Part shown: piece by piece, positions 39,131 to 48,100 of the stretch
Layout: each line of letters starts with the position of its first letter
Numbering within the stretch: the stretch's first letter is position 1
Source: Neocallimastix sp. 'constans'
Taxonomy: Eukaryota
DNA length: 64,000 nucleotides
NCBI GenBank assembly: GCA_050613775.1
Contig: JBODTK010000105.1
Coordinates: 124,001-188,000, forward strand
Direction: 5' to 3'
The notes under the pieces: model-generated
What the model saw: only the letters and a program-made list of their open reading frames with translations
The model's database searches: none
What the model was told of the DNA's origin: nothing
Position numbers and translations under genes: made by a program

Positions 39131-39297
39131 AAAGAAAGCAAATAAAATTATTATTTTCAAAAATTACTAAGATATATTGTTTTAAAATTTGATTCGATAT
39201 TAAATTACTTGTTAAATTATATTTTTAAAGTTGGACTTTCCAAATTTATTCTTATTTAATCACCTCATTAATATACAACAAGAAATATTTAAACAAA

Positions 39298-40209
39298 ATG
39301 TCCAAGGAAACAACTTTGAGCTTTAAAGAATTAAAAAAAGAATTAAGAGATATTGTGAAACTTAGCAAGGACAATTTAGATATTAAGTCCTGGGCTACTG
39401 AATTAAAACTTTGGATCAAGATACAAGGTATTACAGATCCAGAAACAATATTTAATGCTTGTTTACTTACCAGCTCTGGTGAAGTACAACGCGTTATTGA
39501 AGATTTGGGAGAAGATAGTGATGATGAAAGTGATGATTCATCAGATGAAGAAGAAGATGATGATGAAGAAGAAAATGTTGATGATGATATTAAATTTCCT
39601 TCCCTTGAAAAAATTATTTCAAGTCTTGAAAATTTTTACGGTATTAAAGAAGACCAAAATTTACTTCTTAAAGAACTTCGTGCAATGCGAATTAAAAGAA
39701 ACGAAAAGATTAAAGACTTTAATGTAAGATATAGAACTTTGTACACTAAACTTGATAAAAAGAGAAGAAAGCGCATTGGTGTACTAGATTATATTGATTC
39801 TATTCAAAATAATTATGAAGCCTGGAAGAAATTATCCCTTAAAGATGATATAAGTATGGATAAAGCTTTCAAAATTGCCGAGAAAGTAGATAGACTTTCT
39901 GTAAGGAACAATAATATTAATACCTATAATGTTAATAATTCCCAACATAATCAAAATAATCAAAACAGTACTACTTCAAGACTTTATCCTAAAAGAAGAA
40001 ACGAAACTTTCCAAACAAATCAAACAAATAATAAACCGAAACCTCAAGATATTATAGAAGAATCAACCCAGAAAATGAGAAATTTATCCGTTAAAACTTG
40101 CTTCTTCTGTAAGGAAGAAGGTCATTACTCATACTATTGCCCTCAATTAAATAAGATTATGGAAAAAAATAAAAAAGAAATATATTCCAAAAAGTCTTTA
40201 AACTTCTAA
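39298..40209 (+). CDS. gag: Gypsy-2 Gag
   Basis: 303-aa ORF with an acidic tract and a C-terminal CFFCKEEGHYSYYC zinc knuckle. Confidence 0.9.
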   Translation: MSKETTLSFKELKKELRDIVKLSKDNLDIKSWATELKLWIKIQGITDPETIFNACLLTSSGEVQRVIEDLGEDSDDESDDSSDEEEDDDEEENVDDDIKFPSLEKIISSLENFYGIKEDQNLLLKELRAMRIKRNEKIKDFNVRYRTLYTKLDKKRRKRIGVLDYIDSIQNNYEAWKKLSLKDDISMDKAFKIAEKVDRLSVRNNNINTYNVNNSQHNQNNQNSTTSRLYPKRRNETFQTNQTNNKPKPQDIIEESTQKMRNLSVKTCFFCKEEGHYSYYCPQLNKIMEKNKKEIYSKKSLNF

Positions 40210-40249
40210 ATGGGAGCAGAAGCACTCCCAATGACAAAACAATAGCTTC
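40197..40249 (+). promoter_or_regulatory. -1 programmed ribosomal frameshift signal (T TTA AAC + H-type pseudoknot)
   Basis: The slippery heptamer 40197-40203 is in the gag frame. After a 7-nt spacer come stem 1 TGGGAG/CTCCCA and stem 2 GAAGC/GCTTC. The -1 frame is open from 40203 into pol. Confidence 0.85.
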
Positions 40250-40391
40250 ATTAAATAATTTACAAAATAATACTTTTACCAAGAATACCCCAATTGATAA
40301 TAATTCCTTTAATAAAGAATCTGAAGAATCTGATTTTAGTGACACAACTGAAAGTGAGGATGATATCATTATAAATGCTATAAAAAGAAAA

Positions 40392-43300
40392 ATGAATGAT
40401 AATAACAGCGAAAAGGAAGAAAATAATTCCAAGAAAGTACATAAAAGTTTAAAAGATAATCCACGTCCTTTCGCAACTCCTGCTTTAAGAAAGAAGAAAG
40501 AAAATGAGCTACATAATAAACCAAATAAAGTTTATAAAAATCAAATACTTCCTTCAATTTTAACTCAACCAAATATTAACAAAGAAAAACAAAAAGAAAA
40601 GGAATTAAGAAATATAACAAGAGTAAGAGAAAGTAAAGAAGAAAACAACAATTATTCATCAAAAGGAAAGAAAAAAGTTGAATCTGAAGATATACTTGTA
40701 ATCGATAAGGAAATAGAAGATATAGAAATGAATAAAGATAATCAACAAAATAAAACTAATACTTTGGAAAAATTAATTTCAACAAAAACTAAAGAAACTA
40801 ATAATGAAAATACTCAGTTAGTAAAAAGGAATATCAAAATGATGAATAATAAAGAACCTTACAATATTATGGATGATTTAAATAATCTTAAATCCAGTAT
40901 TACGATAGGTCAACTCTTGAATGCATGTCCGAAAATTCGTTCACAATTAACTCAAGGTTTAAAGTTAGAAAAATCTAAAATAATTGGAACTGTAGACAAT
41001 GTAATAGCACGAACTTTATTAGTGAATAACTATGATCATAGCTACATAAGTAAAAGTAATGAGGTAGCCGAAGAAGACTTAGCAATGGTTGATGCAAGTG
41101 TTGACGGAGTACTAGGAAAACTTTTAATTGATTCTTGTAGTAACCTAAGCATCGTTACTAAGCAGTATTTTGATAAATTACCTGGTGAATATGAAACAGT
41201 TGGAAAAAGTCGTGGAAGAATCCAACTAGCAACACAAGATGAAGAATACTCGGAAGGAATTATTGTTCAATTACCAGTAAAAATTAATAATTATGAATTT
41301 AATGCGGACTTTAGAATTATTGAGAAAGAAGACTCATTTTATGATATGTTAATAAACTTTAAAACTCAAATCGATCATTGTTTATTTATTCATCCGACCT
41401 TAAACAGTTTATGTAAACTTTTGTCAGAAAGTGAATACGAAGAAATAGCTAAAATAAATAATCAATATTATGATGAAGAAAGTATAATTTGCACTATTAG
41501 AAAAGTTAAAGAAACGAATAATGAAAAGGAAATTATAAAGGAATTAACTCCAATGGAATTTATTGAGAGTGATGAATTTTTAAGTACCTTAAATAAAGAT
41601 TATAAAGAACAAATTATTAAAATTCTCAAAGAAATGATTGACATAGTTGCCACTTCAACAGAAGAACTAACTCCTTCTAAACTTTCACCACATAAGATCC
41701 GTTTGAAAGCAAATGCAAAGCCAGTAAAATTAAGAAGTTATAGGTTAACTAAATTAAAATCAGATATCTTAAAAGAAGAACTTACAAAGCTTATTAAGAA
41801 AGGATTGATAGAACCATCCTGTTCAGAATGGTCATCTCCAGTAGTACTCATTCTAAAACACAATGGAAAGTGGCGCTTGTGTATTGACTACCGAAAAGTC
41901 AATGATATGACAGAAAAAGATTCTTATTCAGTTCCATATATAGATGAAATTTTTGATAGTCTCGGAGGATCTAAAATATTTACAACTCTTGATTTATTTT
42001 CTGGTTTTCACCAAATCTTAATGGATGAAGAAAGCGTTGAAGTAACCACTTTCACTACTAAGTTTGGAAATTATCAATTTAAGGTTATGCCTTTTGGACT
42101 TACTGGAGCTCCCTCAACCTTCCAAAGAGAAATGAATAAAATTTTATTCCCTTTTATTGGTGAATTTGTTTATGTATTTATTGATGATGTTTTGATCTAT
42201 TCAAAAAGTATCGAAGAACATTTAATTCATATTAAACAAGTATTAGAAGTATTTAAAGAAAACAAGTTAAAAATTAATATTGAAAAGTGCCATTTTCTTC
42301 AAACTGAAGTTGATGTATTAGGTCACAAACTTACTACTAAAGGATTAAGTCCCATGGAAAGTAAAATAACAGCTATTAAGAAGTGGGAAGCCCCTTCATC
42401 AATTCATGAATTAAGATCATTTCTAGGAGCAATAGGGTATTATCGTGACTTTATCCCTAAATATGCTCAAATTACCTCACCTTTATGTAAATTATTGAAA
42501 AAGAATACTAAATATGAATGGAATAAAGAACAACAAGAAAGCTTTGAACTCCTAAAAGAAAAATTAATCAATGCACCTATTCTAAAATTTCCGTCATTTG
42601 ACAAACCTTTTATCATTAGAACTGATGCTTCGTATAATGGAATTGGTGGAGTTCTTTTACAAAAAGAAGAAGAAACCGGTAAGGAGCATCCAATACACTT
42701 TATAAGTAGAAGTTTGAAGAAAACTGAAAAGAATTATGGTATCACAGATTTGGAAGGAACAGCTTTATTTTACTGTATGACTAAATTTAAATCTTATATT
42801 GAAGGAAATCCATTACCTACAACTATTTACACAGATCATAAACCATTAGTTGGTTTATTTAAGAATAAAGAACCTTTGAATGCAAGGCAAACAAGATGGT
42901 GTCTAACCGCTAGTATGCTTGGAATTAATATAAAATATGAATCAGGCAAAAAGAATGTGTTAGCTGATGCTCTTTCAAGAATGAAAAGTAAGGAAGAGAG
43001 AAAGATATTATTAACAAAAATTACTAATGGAAATAATGAAGAATTATTATCTAAGGTTATAAAGGAATTTATTAATGAAAAGTTTACTGTTATTGATGGT
43101 GAAGATTACTTTATCGACAATGGAAATTATAGAAAATTAATAACGGACGAAAATGAAAGGTTTAAATTAATTTTAGAAGCTCATAATATTGGCCACGAAG
43201 GATATTACAAAACATATCAAAGACTTAAGAAAAACTTTTATTGGAATCATATGATTAAAGATATCAAAAGAATTGTTAGTAATTGTGAAAAATGCCAATT

Positions 43301-44207
43301 AAATCGTCCTCAACCATATCCAGAACCAACCGAAAACCATCCAACTAAAGTGGAGGGTCCCTTTGTGCATTTAGGATTAGATATTATAGGACCGTTACCA
43401 AAAACAAGAAATAATAATCAATATATTATAGTAACTGTTGATTACTTTACCAAATGGGTTGAAGCCGAACCCACTGAAAACATAACTTCCTCTGATATAA
43501 TTAAATTTTTAATAAACGTTTTTGCAAGACATGGTGTACCTCAAGTTATTACTACTGATAATGGAGTCCAATTCACTTCTGATATGACTAAAATCTTTCT
43601 TGATCTTTATGATGTATATGTTAAATTTGTAGCTACTTACCACCCTGAATCAAATGGCCTTACTGAAAATCGAAATAAAGAAATTGGAAAATTACTCCGT
43701 TTATTAGGAAGGAAAAATCAAGATTGGGATGAAGTTTTACCTTCTGCTTTATGGGCACTTCGAACTACCAAAAATACAGCTACTGGACATTCTAGTTTTG
43801 AATTAGTATATGGAAGAGAAGACCAACAGCCTTATGATATAGCCATAAGAACAATTGAAAATGCAGGTAAATCATATGATGAAATCTTAATGGAAAAATT
43901 TGTTCGTCATTATCAATGGACTAGAGAAGCATGCGAAAATGTGAAGAATGCTAACAAGTATTGGGCAACAAGACGAGAAGAACAAATAAGTATGAAAAAA
44001 GGAAAAGAATTAAAGGCTGGTGATCTTGTTCTTGTTAGAAACTTTAGCCGCACTAAGCTAGAACCATATTACAATGGACCATTTAAAATTTTAAAAATTC
44101 AATTCAACACGGCAACCCTAATCGATCAGAAGACTGGAAAGCAACTCGATAGGAATGTTCACTTTAAAAATTTAGTAAAGTTTAACTCCGCTTACAGAGA
44201 AGCTTGA
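40392..44207 (+). CDS. pol: Gypsy-2 Pol (protease-RT-RNase H-integrase); probably expressed as Gag-Pol by -1 frameshift, frame open from 40203
   Basis: Motifs LIDSCS, SEWSSPVV..WRLCIDYR, LDLFSGFHQI, FIDD, IRTDAS, HNIGH..C..C, TDNG.QF and GPF. Confidence 0.95.
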   Translation: MNDNNSEKEENNSKKVHKSLKDNPRPFATPALRKKKENELHNKPNKVYKNQILPSILTQPNINKEKQKEKELRNITRVRESKEENNNYSSKGKKKVESEDILVIDKEIEDIEMNKDNQQNKTNTLEKLISTKTKETNNENTQLVKRNIKMMNNKEPYNIMDDLNNLKSSITIGQLLNACPKIRSQLTQGLKLEKSKIIGTVDNVIARTLLVNNYDHSYISKSNEVAEEDLAMVDASVDGVLGKLLIDSCSNLSIVTKQYFDKLPGEYETVGKSRGRIQLATQDEEYSEGIIVQLPVKINNYEFNADFRIIEKEDSFYDMLINFKTQIDHCLFIHPTLNSLCKLLSESEYEEIAKINNQYYDEESIICTIRKVKETNNEKEIIKELTPMEFIESDEFLSTLNKDYKEQIIKILKEMIDIVATSTEELTPSKLSPHKIRLKANAKPVKLRSYRLTKLKSDILKEELTKLIKKGLIEPSCSEWSSPVVLILKHNGKWRLCIDYRKVNDMTEKDSYSVPYIDEIFDSLGGSKIFTTLDLFSGFHQILMDEESVEVTTFTTKFGNYQFKVMPFGLTGAPSTFQREMNKILFPFIGEFVYVFIDDVLIYSKSIEEHLIHIKQVLEVFKENKLKINIEKCHFLQTEVDVLGHKLTTKGLSPMESKITAIKKWEAPSSIHELRSFLGAIGYYRDFIPKYAQITSPLCKLLKKNTKYEWNKEQQESFELLKEKLINAPILKFPSFDKPFIIRTDASYNGIGGVLLQKEEETGKEHPIHFISRSLKKTEKNYGITDLEGTALFYCMTKFKSYIEGNPLPTTIYTDHKPLVGLFKNKEPLNARQTRWCLTASMLGINIKYESGKKNVLADALSRMKSKEERKILLTKITNGNNEELLSKVIKEFINEKFTVIDGEDYFIDNGNYRKLITDENERFKLILEAHNIGHEGYYKTYQRLKKNFYWNHMIKDIKRIVSNCEKCQLNRPQPYPEPTENHPTKVEGPFVHLGLDIIGPLPKTRNNNQYIIVTVDYFTKWVEAEPTENITSSDIIKFLINVFARHGVPQVITTDNGVQFTSDMTKIFLDLYDVYVKFVATYHPESNGLTENRNKEIGKLLRLLGRKNQDWDEVLPSALWALRTTKNTATGHSSFELVYGREDQQPYDIAIRTIENAGKSYDEILMEKFVRHYQWTREACENVKNANKYWATRREEQISMKKGKELKAGDLVLVRNFSRTKLEPYYNGPFKILKIQFNTATLIDQKTGKQLDRNVHFKNLVKFNSAYREA

Positions 44208-44225
44208 GTCTTCGTCGGGGCATCT

Positions 44226-44721
44226 TGATAAGAATGTACTAAATAATGCATTCTTAATTAAATCTACGATTTATTTCTAATACATTATGTGTACATTATT
44301 ATTTTTGTACTTTAATAAATTTTTAAATCCAAAGATCAAAAATTAAATCAAAAATTATATTAAACTTTATATTTTTATATTAAATCTTATATTAATAGTA
44401 ATATTTTTATATATTTAAAACTTATATTAGCAATATTAATAATAAATCTTATTTTTTTTATATTAATAATGAAAATTTATATTAATAATATTTTTATATA
44501 TTGATAATTAAAAATTTATATATTATATTTTAACTTTTTATTATAAAATTTTATATCGAAATGTTTTATTTTATATTGAAAAATATTTTATTTTATTAAA
44601 AACCTTTATATTAGAATAGTATTTTTATTTTTATTTGAATATTTTAACAGATTGTAATAAAAATTATAGCCAATTAAATAAATTCTTATTAGTAATATTT
44701 TAGATATTTTTAAATAAATAA

Positions 44722-44801
<80 letters not shown>

Positions 44802-45101
44802 TTTTATTAATATTATAAATGTATTTTATTTATATTGTTATAATTAAATTTTATATAATTAATTATAAAAATCAATTTAAATTTAATAGTTTTTAAAAAA
44901 AAAAAAATAAATAAAATGTAATTTAGTGGCAAGAACAACTTTTATGCCTTGAAAAAAAGTATAAATAGTTGTAAATTTTGCTACTAATTTTTAAATATCA
45001 TCAAATAAAATCAAATAAATTTATAAATAAAAATAATAAATAAATAAATAAAATTTGTGTTTCCTTACTTTATTTTTATTTAATTCTCTAAAACCTTAAC
45101 A
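44226..45101 (+). repeat. Gypsy-2 3' LTR
   Basis: Repeat of 37035-37911, 1 nt shorter. Confidence 0.95.
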
Positions 45102-45174
45102 CTGAAGATTTCGTTACATAAATAATAAAAAATAATAACAAACAAAAGAAAAGTAAACAAAAAAAAAAAAAAAA

Positions 45175-48100
45175 ATGTCTGATGTAATCATTCATAGTAT
45201 GGACTACGTCCTGACAGAGACCAATTATAAAGATTGGTACGAAGATTTCAAATTGGAATTAGATGGAGCCGGACTTGGGGAATATGTAGAGAGAGATATC
45301 GAAGAGATTATAAATGAAACTACCGCCAAGTATACTGATAAACACACCGGACTATCTGAAGAAGGGGAAGAGAAAATTAGGAAGCACAAGATGAACAACT
45401 CAAAGGTCATTAGTTTCACCAAAAGGTCTGTGAATTCAAAAATCAAAGCGTTTATAAAGAATAAAACAGAAGAAAAAAAATCAGCTTATGCATTAATAAA
45501 GTTACTAGAGAAAAAATATAAGGAAGAAGAACTGAATGAAATCCCCAAACTCTATAGGAAACTAGAAAACTTAAACGCCAGTAATGAAAAAGAAGTAATA
45601 AACTACATTGATGAATTTTTGGAAATCATAGAAAAATTGAGCGAGCTGAATATAAAACTTAATAATAGAGAAAAGTTAACTTATTTATACAAAGGACTGC
45701 CCGAGAAACAAATAAACTTTCTAGAAATTAGATGCAGTATCTCTGACGACATTGATAAAATTTTAGAAGACATGAAAAAACAAATAAGAAACCGTCAGAC
45801 ATATATCCATGAGGATGAAAAAGAAGTATCATTCATTTCCAGGAATGACAGCAGAAGTAAATATAGTAAATTGAATACTCACCATAATAAACATGGTAAA
45901 AGTGAATATCATCACTCTAAACATCATAATAAGGAGTTTGGCAAAAAAAGATATAGTCAAAATAATAATCATTATAGAAATAGTAACGATAATTTCGGTA
46001 ATAATAGTTATAATAGAAAAAATTATTCAAATAAAAAATACTGCTTTATATGCAATAATGAAAATCATCTAGCTTTTAAATGCCCGTTTAACCCTAAAAA
46101 TCCGAATAACAAAATAAAAGTCATAGCTAAGAAATTTAGTCAATTAAATCTGAGAGAAGATGAACTAAATGATATTGAATTTTGCTATGATAATGATACA
46201 TCATCATCTGAAACTGAAACAAGAGAAATTAACTCAATAGAAATTCAAAGTTTAGGAGAAGAAAGTGAAAATGAAGAAATTCCAGAAATCCCTCTTTATG
46301 AAACCAATAATTTAAACTTCATCAACCGTCAACACACCCCAAAAAATGCTGGAAGAATAACCAAGAATATCTCAAGAGTTGATAACATTATTGATAAAAT
46401 AATTCCGCCAATAATTAACAAAATTGTCACAAATGACGAAAACAAGGAAATAATTAAACAATATATTGAAACTAATTCGTGTAATTGCATAGGTGTTCCA
46501 TCGTTGTTATTCACTATTGATTCTGGAGCATCAGTTCATGTTACAAATTCCATTGAATTCCTTAAAGATATAAGAGAATACAAAATAAATCTCATCCTGC
46601 CAAATAAAGCAAAAATTAGGATTACCAAAATAGGAACATTATCAGGATATGTCAATAATAAACCTTTCGAAATAGAAGATGTACTATATTCCAAGGAACT
46701 CAACAAGAATCTTATTTCGTATAGTATTTTAAGGAAAGCAGGTTATCTAGCTGATTATATACTTATAGATGACAACATATATTTTAGACTCGCCAATAAG
46801 AACCAGAATTTATTATGTATCGCAAAAGAAAATGATGCCAATATATGCAATATCATTGTGTCTAAAAGATGGAATATAAACAACGACCAAAATATTTATA
46901 ATCTTGAGCTAGACGACTATTCCGAAAAGATATGGCATTTAAGACTATGCCATTTTTATAACAATAACTTAAGAAAATATCTTGAAGGACACAATATTAA
47001 GAAAAGTAATTGTATTGACTGTGAAACTTCAAAATTAAAAAAGGCATCATTCAATAAATCTACCTCCCGCGCTTCAAGACCTTTGGAATTAATTCATTCA
47101 GACGTGCTAGGACCTCTTAAATTATCGAGAAATAATTATAAATATGTAATTACCTTTCTGGATGATTATAGTCGGAAAAGCCGGATCTATTTGATGAAGA
47201 AAAGATCTGAGGTCACAGATATTTTCGCTCAATTTGTTAAAATGGTCTCCAATGAACAAAACTTAACTGTTGTTAAGATTCAATCAGATAATGGAAAAGA
47301 ATACACATCTAATAAATTTGTAACATTTTGTTCAGAAAATGGTATTCAAAGAAGACTTACCGTTCCAAGAAACCCCCAGAGTAATGGCAGAGCTGAAAGA
47401 CTTAATGGTACCTTGGAGAATGCAGTGAAAGTAATGTTAAACCAAGCAAAACTTAGTGAAAATTTTTGGGAAGATGCAATTAAAACCGCTAATTATATTT
47501 ATAATATAACTCCAAGAAGTTCTATTGACTTTAAAATCCCTGATGAACTTTATTACAAAAAACCGGTGAATATAGATAAATTAAAAGTCTTTGGTTGTAA
47601 AGCTTACTATTATATAGATCCAAATTTAAAAGAAAATAAATTTCATTCAAACTCAAAACCAGGTATATTTTTAGGATATGATATAAATGCAAATGGATAT
47701 ATTATTATGGATTATGAAACATTAAAAACTCATGTAGTTCGAGACGCTGTTTTTGAAGAAGAAATTCCAGGAAATTTCAATCTAATAAACAAAAAACCTT
47801 ACGACGAAGAATATAATTTACCTTCTTTATATGCTGACGACGATATAGATGATTATGAAGATATAAATATTGAAGATAAAGAAACATTTGATGATAATCC
47901 AAAGTCAGGTATATTTATTAATCCTATGTTATCTACTCAACAAACTTACACCCATATAAATAATAATGAAGACCATAACATCAGTAATAAAAAAAGAAAA
48001 TTAGAAAAAGCCATAAACAATGATAAAAATATGTCCAACACTAATACAACAGTTGAAAATATGAATAATAAGGATAATAAATTAAACAATACGGATAATA

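Larger units (their letters stand above)
37035..45101 (+). mobile_element. Ty3/gypsy LTR retrotransposon (gypsy-2, non-chromoviral), apparently intact
   Basis: About 877-bp TG..CA LTRs at 37035-37911 and 44226-45101, 4-bp TSD CTGA (37031-37034, 45102-45105), a tRNA-Ala-like PBS, and separate gag and pol ORFs. Confidence 0.95.
31030..45118 (-). mobile_element. Ty3/gypsy chromovirus (gypsy-1), RT-deleted; its 5' LTR is interrupted by gypsy-2
   Basis: 628-bp LTRs with TGTAACGAA/TTCGTTACA inverted termini at 31030-31657 and 36420-37034 + 45106-45118. The 5-bp TSD TAAAT lies at 31025-31029 and 45119-45123. A PPT-like GGAGGCGGACCA lies on the minus strand at 31669-31658. Confidence 0.93.
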
